A stretch of 64,000 bases of DNA, taken from the NCBI GenBank assembly GCA_030645615.1, contig JAUSNB010000063.1:22716-86715 (forward strand), given 5' to 3'. The DNA comes from Actinomycetota bacterium. Lineage in GTDB: Bacteria > Actinomycetota > Actinomycetes > S36-B12. Position 1 is the first letter of the stretch. Every line of letters starts with the position of its first letter. The position numbers were made by a program, and so were the translations under genes. The notes under the pieces are model-generated. The model saw nothing but the letters and a program-made list of their open reading frames with translations, was not told the origin of the DNA and did not search any database. Positions 1-9,826 of the stretch are shown piece after piece.

Positions 1-3000
1 AGCGCTCGCCGCCGCCCTCCGGTAGACCTTGGTCGATGTACGGGTTCGCGGACACCCGACCGCCATCGGCAATGCCGACCGGGGTCGGCTTGCCGTCGGC
101 TACCACGCGGGCCCGCGACGTCGTTCCGGCGACCCGCCACAGCACCTCGCCGCCCGACGTGGACAGGCGGCGGAGCCCGGGTTCGCCGTCGAGGGTCGGG
201 ACCAGGGCGCTGTCGGCGCCCTTGGCGAGCAGCACGTAGCGGATCCCGTACCCGGCGAGTGCCTCGATCTCGTCGCCGCCCCGGCCCGACGCCATGGCCG
301 CGACGTAGGGGTCGAGCGCCTCCCAGGAGGACGCGGGCGGCCCGGTCTCGGCATCCCCGAGGCGCGGGCCGGGCCCGTTGAGCAGGGAGTACGTCACGCG
401 CCCGGCGACATCGCCTTCGATGACCAGGGTGCGGGGTGCTTGCGGCGTCTCGCTGTCGGCGGCCACGAACGCCGGGACCGCGGACGCTGGGGCGCGGCGC
501 AGGTCCGAGGTCAGCCCGGCCACGTACCAGCCCGCCGACAGGAGGGGTGCCAGCAGCGCGACGACGGCAACGACGAGGGCGATGGGCTGGCCGAGGGTGA
601 AGCTACGCCCGATGAACCGGTCGCGCAGGCCGTCGAAGCCGAGTGCCGCGGCCGCGATCATCATCATGCCGAGCAGCAACGTGGCCTGGCCTGGCCAAGG
701 CCGCAGGCTCGTCGTGGACCCCGGAGGCGTCACCATGACCATCGTCTGGGCAATCCCCAGAAGAAGCGCCAGCCCACCGAAGGCGGCTATCGCGCCGATG
801 GCCCGGAAGCGGTCCGTGCGCAGGAGGGCCAGGAAGCCCCCGAGCACGATCCCGATCGTGAGCCAGAGCGGGGTCATGCCGGGGCCGCCTGGATGCAGGA
901 GCAGAACGTCCCAGGGCTCGAGTGCGGGATCGTTGAGGTCCGCGCTGATCACCCCGGGCTCCAGCAGCAGGAGCGCCGGGTTGAGCAGCAGGTAGCCGGT
1001 CCACGGCAGCAACAGGACCAGCGGCCCGGCCAGCGCCAGTACCAGCCGGGCACTGATGCCGCGATCCGACGCGCCGCGGGTCCGCACCGCGAGGACACCG
1101 ACGACGATGCCGGCCACGACAAGCAGCAGCCACAGTGCCGGGGCGACGGACAGGACGAGGGCGACGAGGATCGCCGTACCGGCCGCCCGGCGCAACGTGC
1201 CGGTCGGAGCGGAGATGCGCACGAGGGACCTCAGCGCGAACGGCAGCACGATGGCGGCGATGGTGGTGCCGATCCGCCCCGACGCGATGGCTCCCGTCAT
1301 GGCCGGGAGCAAGGCATACGCGGCGCCAGCCCACACCCGGACGCCGCGACTGCTCACCACGCCACGCAGGGCGACGTAGGCGCTGGCCCCGGCGAGCGGG
1401 ATGGCGAGCAGCAGGGCCAGGGTCACGGCGGCCGGGGCCTTGCCCAGGAGGACCAAGGCGACGGCCGACAGCGCGGCCAGGTACGGCGGCGACGGGGTCA
1501 CCGAGCCGGGGCCGACGTCGTGCCACGCCTGCTGGTAGGTCTCCCACAGGTCGCTGGCGCCTTCGGGCGGCGGCAGCAAGGCCCCGCCCTGGAGCACGCC
1601 GTCGCCCAGCCATAGCCCGCGGGTGCCGGCGATCGCGATGACGGCAAGCGCGATCGCGAGCAGGACGCCGGGGCGAAGGAACAGCCGCCGCATCAGGCCC
1701 GGCGAGCTGGCGTCCATGAAGTCGGCATCGTCGCCGACCGGGCCGCTGTCCAGCCCGCTGACCGAGCCTGCGGATTCCGCCGCGCCGCTGGTGGTCGCCA
1801 CCGCGCCGACGACCTCAAGCAGGTGCCTGGCCTGGGACGCTGCGGTGGGGCGCAACGACCGGACGACGCCCGCAGGCTCGACGGCCGTCCGCCCGACGAG
1901 GTCGCGCGACGATCGCAGCCGGGACGGGCGAAGGGCCACCGCCAGCACGGCGCCGATCTCGTCGCGGGCGGCCCGCACGTCCTTGCCCAGCAGGTAGACG
2001 GCCGAGCGGAGGAGGCTGCCCAGTACCAGGCGCAGCGCCACGAACGGGGCCGCGAGCGTCGTGGCGTGCGCCAGCAGCACGTGCACGGCAGCCTCGCGGT
2101 CGGCCCGCGCCGGACGCGGCGCGATGTCGTCTGCCCGTCGGCCGTGCGCGGATGCCTCGCGGTGGTGCAGGACGGCATCGGTCGCGACGAGCACCCGCTC
2201 GCCGCGCCGGTGGGCACGCCAGCAGAAGTCCATGTCGTCGCGGAAGAGCGGCAGCGCCGGGTCGAAGCCCGTGAGGTCGTCCCAGACGTCTCGGCGCACG
2301 AGCATTCCGGCCGAGCTGACGGCCAGGACGTCGCGGACGCCGTCGTGCTGGCCTTGGTCGTGCTCGCGACGCTCCAGGCCGGTGACCCGGCGCCCCGAGC
2401 CGGTGACGGTGACCCCGACCTCCAGGAGAAGCCGGCGGTCGTGCCAGCCGAGGATCTTGGGGCCGAGGATCGCCGCGCTCGGGTTGTCGTCGGCGGTGTC
2501 GAGCAGGGCCGACAGGCACTCGCCGCTGGGCGCGCTGTCGTCGTGCAGCAGCCACACCCACTCGATCGGGTCGGGCATGAACGGCTCGTGGCCGGCCCGG
2601 CCGAGATGGTCCAGCCCCGCCTGGACGGCCTCGCCGAACCCCACCCGGTGGTCCAGCACGACGGTGCGCTGCACTCCGAAGGAGGCCGCGAGCAGCGCCG
2701 GGCTGGCATCGACCGAACCGGTGTCGACGCCGACGGCGGCGTCGGGCGGCCGGGTCTGCTGGGCAAGGGTGGTCAGCACCGCGGACAACCAGACGGCGCC
2801 ATCATGGCTGACCACGACCGCGGTGACGTGGTGGTCCCGGCGGGGCAGGGGGGGCGGTGAGTCCTCCTCCGACAGGAACTCCTCGACGCTGAACCACTCG
2901 GTGGTCTGGTCGGGGGCGGGCTCCTCGAGCCCCGGTTCGGGGGCGTCGGCCAGGGGCGACGGCGGGGCCAGCGCGGCTGCGAGGTCGTCCTCACGCCAGT

Positions 3001-3013
3001 CCTCGTGCGTCAC
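1..3013 (-). CDS. Glycosyltransferase family 2 domain fused to a large polytopic membrane domain (3' end runs off the window; at least 1004 aa)
   Basis: Absent from the ORF track because no stop lies inside the window. My translation of the minus strand from GTG at 3013 (in-frame TAG at 3023-3025 just upstream) stays open to base 2. The N-terminal third has GT2 hallmarks (HHVTAVVVSHDGAVWLSAVLTTL, WVWLLHDDSAP, LAVSSAGMLVRRDVW, FRDDMDFCWRA). The rest is more than 10 hydrophobic helices (e.g. GVLLAIALAVIAIAG, LWLLLVVAGIVVGVLAV, LWLTIGIVLGGFLALL) plus a soluble tail. Confidence 0.8.
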   Translation of the reverse strand, partial: MTHEDWREDDLAAALAPPSPLADAPEPGLEEPAPDQTTEWFSVEEFLSEEDSPPPLPRRDHHVTAVVVSHDGAVWLSAVLTTLAQQTRPPDAAVGVDTGSVDASPALLAASFGVQRTVVLDHRVGFGEAVQAGLDHLGRAGHEPFMPDPIEWVWLLHDDSAPSGECLSALLDTADDNPSAAILGPKILGWHDRRLLLEVGVTVTGSGRRVTGLERREHDQGQHDGVRDVLAVSSAGMLVRRDVWDDLTGFDPALPLFRDDMDFCWRAHRRGERVLVATDAVLHHREASAHGRRADDIAPRPARADREAAVHVLLAHATTLAAPFVALRLVLGSLLRSAVYLLGKDVRAARDEIGAVLAVALRPSRLRSSRDLVGRTAVEPAGVVRSLRPTAASQARHLLEVVGAVATTSGAAESAGSVSGLDSGPVGDDADFMDASSPGLMRRLFLRPGVLLAIALAVIAIAGTRGLWLGDGVLQGGALLPPPEGASDLWETYQQAWHDVGPGSVTPSPPYLAALSAVALVLLGKAPAAVTLALLLAIPLAGASAYVALRGVVSSRGVRVWAGAAYALLPAMTGAIASGRIGTTIAAIVLPFALRSLVRISAPTGTLRRAAGTAILVALVLSVAPALWLLLVVAGIVVGVLAVRTRGASDRGISARLVLALAGPLVLLLPWTGYLLLNPALLLLEPGVISADLNDPALEPWDVLLLHPGGPGMTPLWLTIGIVLGGFLALLRTDRFRAIGAIAAFGGLALLLGIAQTMVMVTPPGSTTSLRPWPGQATLLLGMMMIAAAALGFDGLRDRFIGRSFTLGQPIALVVAVVALLAPLLSAGWYVAGLTSDLRRAPASAVPAFVAADSETPQAPRTLVIEGDVAGRVTYSLLNGPGPRLGDAETGPPASSWEALDPYVAAMASGRGGDEIEALAGYGIRYVLLAKGADSALVPTLDGEPGLRRLSTSGGEVLWRVAGTTSRARVVADGKPTPVGIADGGRVSANPYIDQGLPEGGGER

Positions 3014-3107
3014 CGGATCACTCTACGTGCTGGGCTGCGGTGGCTTGCCGACCCGCGCCGTGGGGCGGGCGGGCGCTTGCCCCATGCGGACGAGGGCCGG
3101 GTGCGGA

Positions 3108-3365
3108 CTAGACGACGCGGCGCTTGAGGCGGCGCCGCTCGCGTTCGGACAGGCCGCCCCAGATCCCGAAGCGCTCGTCCTGGGCGAGGGCGTACTCCAG
3201 GCACTCCACGCGGACCTCGCAGGTCAGGCAGACCTTCTTGGCCTCGCGAGTGCTGCCGCCCTTCTCGGGGAAGAACGCCTCGGGGTCGGTCTGCGCGCAC
3301 AGGGCGCGCTCCTGCCAATCCAGCTCCTCGACGTCGGACAGCGGCACCAGCACCACGTCAGCCAC
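3108..3365 (-). CDS. whiB: WhiB-family [4Fe-4S] transcription factor (WhiB / WhiB2 orthologue type)
   Basis: 85 aa. Four Cys in C-x22-C-x2-C-x5-C spacing (ALCAQTDPEAFFPEKGGSTREAKKVCLTCEVRVEC), a GIWGG turn and a basic tail RRRLKRRVV. The core is nearly identical to Streptomyces WhiB / M. tuberculosis WhiB2 as I remember them. The GTG start has GAGGAGG 8 nt upstream. Confidence 0.95.
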   Translation of the reverse strand: MADVVLVPLSDVEELDWQERALCAQTDPEAFFPEKGGSTREAKKVCLTCEVRVECLEYALAQDERFGIWGGLSERERRRLKRRVV

Positions 3366-3443
3366 CTAGAGGACCTCCTCGACCCAGCCGAACGAGCGAC
3401 CAGTTGACACTCGGCGAGCGTAACGACACGCCGTTGGGACCGC

Positions 3444-3473
3444 ATTACATCGTTGTGATTCACCCTTCGTCAA
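3444..3473 (-). promoter_or_regulatory. Candidate sigma-A type promoter for whiB (-35 TTGACG, 18-nt spacer, -10 TGTAAT)
   Basis: Read on the minus strand, the only AT-richer patch upstream of whiB is cTTGACGaagggtgaatcacaacgaTGTAATgcgg. The -35 is at 3473-3468 and the -10 at 3449-3444, which would leave a leader of about 75 nt. This is a pattern match only. Confidence 0.3.
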
Positions 3474-3540
3474 GAGGAAACCGGACATAACGGACGCAAT
3501 GCCCACTTTCTCGGCCGGAAAGGCCACTGGGACCGCGGAA

Positions 3541-4713
3541 TCAGCCCGGTGCCACCTGCTGCAGGAACCCGGCGAGCAGCGCCCGGTAGCGGTCCGGGTC
3601 TGAGTTCCACGAGAGCCCGTGGCCGGCACCGTCGAACAGCACCAGGTCCACGAGGCCCGGCGGCGCCGCGGCCGCGAACTCCTCGCTGACAGCGGCCGGG
3701 ACGGTGCGGTCGGCGGTCCCGTGCACGATGAGGATCGGCGTGCGCAACGATGCGGCGTCGGCCACGTGGTCCGCCGCCTCGAGATCCAGCCCGTACCGCC
3801 AGGCCGCCACCCGCAGGGCCGGCCCGGCGACGAACGCCGGCATGCCGAGATCGTCGGCGGTCAGCCGGACCGCTCGGCCGAGGTCGGTGACCGGGGAGTC
3901 GAGGAAGGCGCCGACGATCCGGTCCGCGAGCGGTGAGTTCTGCAGGAAGGCCAGCACGATCGAGCCGCCACTGCCCGCGCTGGCCAGCACGATGCGCCCA
4001 GCCCCGCCGTCCAGCGCGAACCGGACGGCCGCCTCCAGGTCGGTCCACTCGTCGGCTCCGAAGCCGGCGTACCCGTCGCCCTGGGGCGCGCGGGCGTCGT
4101 CGCGGTAGCGGACGAGCAGCATCGGGTTGCCCAGTCCCGACACTGTCTCGGCAATGCGGAGCCCCTCGGCCGGCGTGGCACCTCGCCCGTGCACGAACAC
4201 GACCCACGTCGATGACGTCCCGGGGACCAGCCAGGCCGGCGCGGGGCCGCCGGGAGCGTCGTACGTGACCTCCTCGAACTCCAGCCCGAGACCGATCCGC
4301 GGGTCGCGCGGGAAGTACCAGGCATCGAGGGCGGCCGCCTCCCCCGGTTCGGGCGGCGGGGCCACCACCTGGCCAGTGATGGTCCGCGAAGTCCCGGTTG
4401 CCGACACGACGGGGTCGGCCGTCTGCACGTAGCCCCCGCCCGTGGTCGCGATCCCCATCAGGCCCTGGTCATCCCGGCCTCCCGTGCTGCCCGAGTACCG
4501 AAGGCCGGCAGCATCCACCGAGGAGACGACAAGGGGGAAGACCGGGTCAGGCTGCCCTGCGCGCACCGCGTCCCCGATCAGCCCGCTCGCCTGCCACAGG
4601 CCGGCGGCCGCAACCACCGCCAGCACGACCAGCGCGGATCCGGCAACGGCCCACGGCCAGCGGCGACGCCTTTCGGCGTGGGACCGTCGCCGGGCGGCAT
4701 GGGAGGCGGCCAT
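3541..4713 (-). CDS. Alpha/beta-fold hydrolase with N-terminal membrane anchor
   Basis: Track ORF 3541..5004 trimmed to ATG 4713 (MAASHAARRR..), because the upstream part is Arg/Pro-rich and antisense to fbiA. It has a basic n-region plus a TM helix (WPWAVAGSALVVLAVVAAAGLW). The hydrolase core shows VVFVHGRGATP (HG oxyanion region), an elbow-like LASAGSGGS, ILIVHGTADRTVP and GAGHG near the C-terminus. Confidence 0.8.
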   Translation of the reverse strand: MAASHAARRRSHAERRRRWPWAVAGSALVVLAVVAAAGLWQASGLIGDAVRAGQPDPVFPLVVSSVDAAGLRYSGSTGGRDDQGLMGIATTGGGYVQTADPVVSATGTSRTITGQVVAPPPEPGEAAALDAWYFPRDPRIGLGLEFEEVTYDAPGGPAPAWLVPGTSSTWVVFVHGRGATPAEGLRIAETVSGLGNPMLLVRYRDDARAPQGDGYAGFGADEWTDLEAAVRFALDGGAGRIVLASAGSGGSIVLAFLQNSPLADRIVGAFLDSPVTDLGRAVRLTADDLGMPAFVAGPALRVAAWRYGLDLEAADHVADAASLRTPILIVHGTADRTVPAAVSEEFAAAAPPGLVDLVLFDGAGHGLSWNSDPDRYRALLAGFLQQVAPG

Positions 4714-4765
4714 GGCGCCATTGTGCTCCCGGTCACGCCCACCGCGCCTCTGACAGGATGACCCG

Positions 4766-5779
4766 ATGCGCATCACGGTCCTGGCCGGTGGCATCGGTGG
4801 CGCGCGCTTCCTCCGCGGCCTGCGGGCGCACCTCGGGAGCAGCCATCCCGGCGCGGAGATCACCGTCATCGGCAACACCGGCGACGACATCTGGGTGCAC
4901 GGACTGCGGGTCTGCCCCGATCTCGACTCGATCATGTACACCCTTGGCGGGGGCATCAGCGAGGAGCGCGGGTGGGGCCGCGACGGCGAGACATACGTCG
5001 TCAAGGACGAGCTGGCCGGCTACGGCGTGGAGCCCACGTGGTTCGGCCTGGGCGACAAGGACCTCGCCACCCACCTCGTGCGCACGCAGTCGCTCGCCGC
5101 AGGGTTCACGCTCAGCGAGGTCACCGCCGCCCTGTGCGAGCACTGGGAACCGGGCGTGCGCCTGCTGCCCATGAGCGACGACCGCGCCGAGACCCATGTC
5201 ATCGTCGACGACCAGTCGGGTGCGGTCGACGACGCAGGCCGACCCCTGCGGCACGCCATCCACTTCCAGGAGTGGTGGATCCGGTACCGGGCCGCGATCC
5301 CCGCGCATGGCTTCGTGCTCGTCGGTGGCGAATCCGCGAAGCCGGCGCCCGGTGTCCTGGCCGCGATCGCCGAGGCCGATGTCGTGCTTCTCCCGCCCAG
5401 CAACCCCGTCGTCTCGATCGGCACGATCCTGCAGGTCGCCGGCATCGCCGATGCGCTGCGCACCACTGCCGCCCCCGTCGTCGGGGTCTCGCCCATCGTC
5501 GCGGGCGCCCCCGTGCGCGGCATGGCCGACGCATGCCTTGCGGCGATCGGCGTGGACACCACGGCGGGGGCGGTCGCCCGGCACTACGGAGGGCGGGGCT
5601 CGGGCGGCTTCCTCGACGGCTGGCTGGTCGATGACCGCGATGCTGCCGTTGTCGACGCGGTGGAGTCGGCCGGGATCGCCTGCCGGGCCGCTCCGATGAT
5701 GATGACCGACGTCGAGGCCACCGCGGCGATGGCGGCCGCGTGCGTCGCCCTGGCAGCCGACCTGCGCACCGGTCCATGA
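4766..5779 (+). CDS. fbiA: 2-phospho-L-lactate transferase (coenzyme F420 biosynthesis, CofD/FbiA)
   Basis: 337 aa. [20 protein letters not shown]-terminus, [39 protein letters not shown]. This is a typical CofD. It is followed by fbiB with an ATGA overlap, as in mycobacteria. Confidence 0.93.
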   Translation: MRITVLAGGIGGARFLRGLRAHLGSSHPGAEITVIGNTGDDIWVHGLRVCPDLDSIMYTLGGGISEERGWGRDGETYVVKDELAGYGVEPTWFGLGDKDLATHLVRTQSLAAGFTLSEVTAALCEHWEPGVRLLPMSDDRAETHVIVDDQSGAVDDAGRPLRHAIHFQEWWIRYRAAIPAHGFVLVGGESAKPAPGVLAAIAEADVVLLPPSNPVVSIGTILQVAGIADALRTTAAPVVGVSPIVAGAPVRGMADACLAAIGVDTTAGAVARHYGGRGSGGFLDGWLVDDRDAAVVDAVESAGIACRAAPMMMTDVEATAAMAAACVALAADLRTGP

Positions 5780-7134
5780 CCGGACGGTGGCTGCAGGTCG
5801 TCCCGGTCCCCGGGCTGCCGCGGATCGTGCCTGGGGACGACCTCGGGGCCCTGATCGGGGAGGCCCTCGCGTCGGTCGGGTGGCCGGATGGCACGACCGG
5901 GCTCCTGGACGGCGACATCGTCGTCGTCACGAGCAAGGTCGTGGCCAAGGCCGAGGGACGGGTCGTGCGGGCGGACTCGCGCGACGAGGCCATCGCCGGC
6001 GAGGCCGTTCGGGTGGTCGCGTCCAAGGTGACCCCGCGCGGAGCCACGCAGATCGTGCAGACGGCGCACGGCCTGGTGCTGGCAGCCGCGGGAGTCGATG
6101 CCAGCAACGTCGACGAGGGCTACGTCGTGCTGCTCCCCGAGGATCCCGATGGGTCGGCGCGCGCCCTGCGCGGCGCGCTCGGCGCCCGACTGGGCGTGCG
6201 CGTCGGAGTCGTGATCACGGACACCCTCGGCCGGCCGTGGCGGCTGGGGGTCGCCGACGCGGCGATCGGCTGCGCTGGAGTCGTGCCGCTCGACGACCAC
6301 ACCGGACGCGTCGACGGGTTCGGCCGCACGCTGGAGATGACCGTCGTCGCCGTGGCGGACGAAGTGGCCTCGGCCGCTGACCTGGCAAAAGGAAAGGTCA
6401 GCGGTGTGCCCGTCGCCATCGTGCGCGGCCTGGGTGAATACGTGACCGACGACGACGGGCCGGGGGCCGCTGCGATCGTGCGGCCGCTCGACGAGGACCT
6501 GTTCACGCTGGGCACGGCCGAGGCCCTGGCGGAGGGACGACGCAGTGCGGCATACGCCCGACGGACGGTGCGCTCGTTCACCGACGAGCCGGTGCCCCCG
6601 GAAGCCATCGAGGCCGCTGTCGCTGCGGCAGTCAGCGCCCCCGCACCGCACCATTCCGAGCCCTGGCGGTTCATCGTGCTGGGCGACCCGTCGGAGAGGG
6701 TCCGCGTGCTGGACGCCATGCGCGAGCAGTGGATCCGTGATCTGACCGGACTGGACGGCTACGACGCGGAGTCGGTGACCCGCCGGGTCCGCCGCGGCGA
6801 CATCCTGCGCACCGCCCCCGCCGTGGTGCTGGCCTTCGTCGACCTGCAAGGCGCCGCGCACGAGTACCCGGACGAGCGCAGGGCCTCTCATGAGCGCGAC
6901 CTCTTCATCGTCGCGGGGGGCGCGGCCGTGCAGAACCTCATGGTCGCGCTGGCCGCGGACGGGTGGGGCTCGGCCTGGATCTCGTCGACCGTCTTCTGCG
7001 GCGACGTGGTGCGGGACACGCTGGCGCTGCCGGGCACGTGGCAGCCACTCGGCGCGATCGCGGTGGGCCGGCCGTCGGCGCCCCCCGCCGACCGGGCGGC
7101 ACGCGACCCGCGGCAATTCCTCAGCTACCGCTGA
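5776..7134 (+). CDS. fbiB: Bifunctional F420 gamma-glutamyl ligase / dehydro-F420-0 reductase (CofE domain plus nitroreductase-like domain, FbiB)
   Basis: Track ORF trimmed to ATG 5776, which overlaps the fbiA stop. The N-terminal CofE-like part shows [42 protein letters not shown]. The C-terminal nitroreductase-like part shows [22 protein letters not shown]. Confidence 0.9.
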   Translation: MTGRWLQVVPVPGLPRIVPGDDLGALIGEALASVGWPDGTTGLLDGDIVVVTSKVVAKAEGRVVRADSRDEAIAGEAVRVVASKVTPRGATQIVQTAHGLVLAAAGVDASNVDEGYVVLLPEDPDGSARALRGALGARLGVRVGVVITDTLGRPWRLGVADAAIGCAGVVPLDDHTGRVDGFGRTLEMTVVAVADEVASAADLAKGKVSGVPVAIVRGLGEYVTDDDGPGAAAIVRPLDEDLFTLGTAEALAEGRRSAAYARRTVRSFTDEPVPPEAIEAAVAAAVSAPAPHHSEPWRFIVLGDPSERVRVLDAMREQWIRDLTGLDGYDAESVTRRVRRGDILRTAPAVVLAFVDLQGAAHEYPDERRASHERDLFIVAGGAAVQNLMVALAADGWGSAWISSTVFCGDVVRDTLALPGTWQPLGAIAVGRPSAPPADRAARDPRQFLSYR

Positions 7135-7158
7135 CCCATCGTCGAGCGAGCAGTACGA

Positions 7159-7737
7159 CTACCAGGGCAGGTCGCAGCCCACCGACGTGTAGTACTCGGC
7201 GATGGTCATCTCCGTCCCTCCGAAGGCTTCGACGAAGTCCTGGGGCTGGGTGTCCTCCGCGAACCCGCCCCCGTCGGCCGTACCAATCACGAGGAAGCGA
7301 TCCGAGGCGACCAGCGGGGTGCTCGTGAGGACATCGCGCGCCTCCTCGAAGTTGGCTTCGTTCTCGGTGCAGGTAGCCAACGAGTCCGTGTTGAACGCCG
7401 CCGCATCGAGGACCAGGATCACGTCGAAGTCGTCACAGTTGATCTCCGTCCACTTGTCGGTGACCTCGCCGTCGAGGGTCTTGCCTTCCTGGACGAACGG
7501 GCCGACACCGGATTCCATGCAGGTCAGGCCGTTGGCTTCCAGCGAGTCCCGCACGTCCTGAACCGTGGCCCACTGCACCGTGGCCGGGGCGATCGACGGG
7601 GCGGACGTCGACGACCCTCCGCCGCACGCGGCCAGGGCGAGCACCGCGAGCACAGCCGTGGCGGAGAGCTTGGCGGGAACGAGCACGGCGGTGACCTCTC
7701 GACGGCGGAACCGGAGCGCCAGATTATTGGTATCCAA
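7159..7737 (-). CDS. Putative secreted lipoprotein, family unknown
   Basis: Basic n-region RFRRRE, a hydrophobic h-region and lipobox LALAAC followed by GGGSS. The mature part is acidic and has 4 more Cys. The start is uncertain (TTG 7737 or GTG 7686). Confidence 0.65.
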   Translation of the reverse strand: MDTNNLALRFRRREVTAVLVPAKLSATAVLAVLALAACGGGSSTSAPSIAPATVQWATVQDVRDSLEANGLTCMESGVGPFVQEGKTLDGEVTDKWTEINCDDFDVILVLDAAAFNTDSLATCTENEANFEEARDVLTSTPLVASDRFLVIGTADGGGFAEDTQPQDFVEAFGGTEMTIAEYYTSVGCDLPW

Positions 7738-7740
7738 CCG

Positions 7741-8688
7741 TCAACGTGAGCGATTGTCGGGCACGGACATACGTGGCCCGCGACGCGGGCGCTCGATCCC
7801 GCTGGTCTCGACCAGCCGCTGCACCCGGTACCGGTGCCCGGCGAACGGCTCGAGCAGATCCGCCATGTCCTCGTCGGTCCCGTCGCGCCGGCCGGTGAAC
7901 GCGTAGGCCAGTCCGGCGGCGAGGTGGTAGTCGCCGAACGAGACCGCATCGGCGTCACCGAGGGCACGAGCGCACGTCTCGGCGACGGTCCACCTGCCGA
8001 CGCCGTCCACCGCGGCGAGCCGCCGGCGGGCATCGGGCAGGGGCCGGCCGGCGCACGCGTCCAGCCGGCCCGCATGCTGGGCCGCCCGAACGACGGTGGC
8101 CGACGCGAAGGGCTCGGTGCCCCACCTGTGCCACTGCCACGAAGCGACGGCACGGATCCGCTCGGGGTCGGGGAAGACCCGCATGGGCCGGGGCGTCGGC
8201 CCGGGCGCGGGGTCGCCGACCTCCTTGAGCAACGCGGTCCACGACCGGCGCGAGGCGATGCCGGTGACCTTCTGCTCGAGTACTGCCGGGACGAGTGCCT
8301 CCAGCACGAGCCCGCTGCGCGGGACCCGCCACCGCCCGGCGAGCGCGCGCCACTGCGGCTGCAGGTGGGCGGGCAGCAGGTGGGCGGGGAAGCCCGTCGG
8401 GTCGTCCCCGGCGCCGAGCAGGCCCGGCACGGATCCGATGGCCCAGCCGGCCCCTGGGCCCCAGGCCCGAGCCCGGACCGTCGAGGCACTACCGGACTGC
8501 CCCTGGTCGTCGGCGGCCAGCGCGAGGGTGGCCGGGCCGTCGGGGGTGCGCAAGGTGCGCCAATGGCGCCCGGACCGCTCCCGAAGTGCACTGGGGTCAT
8601 GGCCGCCGCGCAGGAACGGGCCCAGCACGAGGTCGAGGTCGACGCCGTAGGGCGCGACCCAGTCCAACGCCGCGTCGCCGGGTAGCAC
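7741..8688 (-). CDS. HhH-GPD superfamily DNA glycosylase (AlkA / 3-methyladenine glycosylase II-like)
   Basis: 315 aa. Helix-hairpin-helix plus Asp block LAAVDGVGRWTVAETCARALGDADAVSFGDYHL, preceded by an AlkA-like N-terminal domain. GTG start. Confidence 0.8.
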   Translation of the reverse strand: MLPGDAALDWVAPYGVDLDLVLGPFLRGGHDPSALRERSGRHWRTLRTPDGPATLALAADDQGQSGSASTVRARAWGPGAGWAIGSVPGLLGAGDDPTGFPAHLLPAHLQPQWRALAGRWRVPRSGLVLEALVPAVLEQKVTGIASRRSWTALLKEVGDPAPGPTPRPMRVFPDPERIRAVASWQWHRWGTEPFASATVVRAAQHAGRLDACAGRPLPDARRRLAAVDGVGRWTVAETCARALGDADAVSFGDYHLAAGLAYAFTGRRDGTDEDMADLLEPFAGHRYRVQRLVETSGIERPRRGPRMSVPDNRSR

Positions 8689-8694
8689 CGGGGC

Positions 8695-9771
8695 TCAGCG
8701 GTCGGAGGAGAAGCGCACCGTGCCCGGCGCGAGGATCGCTCCCGGCCACACCCGCACGCCGGTCAGCAACTCGTTGCCCGCGCCGATGACCGCGCCGTCG
8801 CCCACGACGGTGCCGTGCAGCACGCAGCCCTCGCCGACGACCGCGCCCACGCCCACGATGCTGTTGTGCACGCGGGCACCGGCCTCGATGCGCGCGCCAT
8901 CGAAGACCACGCAGCCATCGACGACCGCACCGTCGGCGATGAAGGCCTCGCGCCCGACGACGGTGCCCCCGTGCACCTGCGCCCGGCTCGAGACCTGTGC
9001 CCCCGGAAGCACCAGCAGGTCTCCGTGCGAGGGCACCGCCGGCGATGGCGCCGCGCCCAGCACGAGGTCGCGCGACCCCTGCACGAAGGCAAGTGGCGTG
9101 CCGAGGTCAAGCCAGTAGCCGCTGTCCACGACGCCCGTGACCAGCGCGCCGGATTCCAGCAGGGCGGGGAAGGTCTCACGCTCGACCGATACGGGACGGC
9201 CACCCGGGATGGAGTCGATGACGGACCGGCGGAAGACGTAGCAGCCGGCATTGATGTTGTGCGTGACGATCTCGGCGTCCGTCGTCGGCTTCTCCAGGAA
9301 GGCGGTGACGCGCCCGGACAGGTCGGTCGGCACCAGGCCGTAGGCACGCGGGTCGTCGACCGGAGTGAGGTACAGGGTCACGTCGCTGCCGGTCGAGTCG
9401 TGGTGATCGACGAGGCCACGGATGTCAAGGCCGGTCAGCACGTCGCCGTTGAAGACCAGCACCGGCTCATCGGGGCCGCTGTCCAGGAAGGGCAGCGCGT
9501 GCCGGATGGCCCCGCCGGTGCCCAGCGGCTCGTCCTCGGTCGCGATGACGACCTCGATACCGAGGTCCGAAACGTCGATGAACTCGCGGAACACATCGGC
9601 TCGGTAGGACGTCGCCAGGACGATGCGGGTCACCCCGGCCTCGCGGGCACGGGTGATCTGGTGCACCGTGAACGGGACCCCGGCCACGGGCAGCATGGGC
9701 TTGGGGGTGTTGATGGTCAGCGGGCGAAGGCGGGTGCCCTGTCCCCCGACGAGCAGCACGGCTTCGGTCAT
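8695..9771 (-). CDS. Mannose-1-phosphate guanylyltransferase-type sugar nucleotidyltransferase (Rv3264c ManB-like)
   Basis: Trimmed to ATG 9771. MTEAVLLVGGQGTRLRPLT (G-x-G-T-R-L signature) and NTPKPMLPVAG. The C-terminal part is a left-handed beta-helix of hexapeptide repeats (VVGEGCVLHGTVVGDGAVIGAGN). It sits in the same position relative to fbiAB as ManB in M. tuberculosis. Confidence 0.88.
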   Translation of the reverse strand: MTEAVLLVGGQGTRLRPLTINTPKPMLPVAGVPFTVHQITRAREAGVTRIVLATSYRADVFREFIDVSDLGIEVVIATEDEPLGTGGAIRHALPFLDSGPDEPVLVFNGDVLTGLDIRGLVDHHDSTGSDVTLYLTPVDDPRAYGLVPTDLSGRVTAFLEKPTTDAEIVTHNINAGCYVFRRSVIDSIPGGRPVSVERETFPALLESGALVTGVVDSGYWLDLGTPLAFVQGSRDLVLGAAPSPAVPSHGDLLVLPGAQVSSRAQVHGGTVVGREAFIADGAVVDGCVVFDGARIEAGARVHNSIVGVGAVVGEGCVLHGTVVGDGAVIGAGNELLTGVRVWPGAILAPGTVRFSSDR

Positions 9772-9826
9772 CCGGCAAGCGTCCCACACGGGGCGCAAGC
9801 CAGGCCCGTGCAGCGGGACGGTGACG

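Noticed and set aside
29-1615. A 528-aa plus-strand ORF and several other long ORFs (603..1613 minus, 1693..2766 minus, 1823..2860 plus, 2061..3407 plus) covering the first 3 kb.
   Set aside because: All have extreme Arg/Pro/Gly/Ala composition typical of off-frame translation of 70% GC DNA. The real gene is the unlisted minus-strand frame, open from 3013 to the window edge.
3014-3107. The GC-rich 94-bp spacer between the whiB stop and the GT2-fusion start, with repeated GGCAAGC and GCGGAC words, considered as a terminator or riboswitch.
   Set aside because: The repeats are direct rather than inverted. I could not draw a convincing stem-loop or any known regulatory RNA motif by eye.
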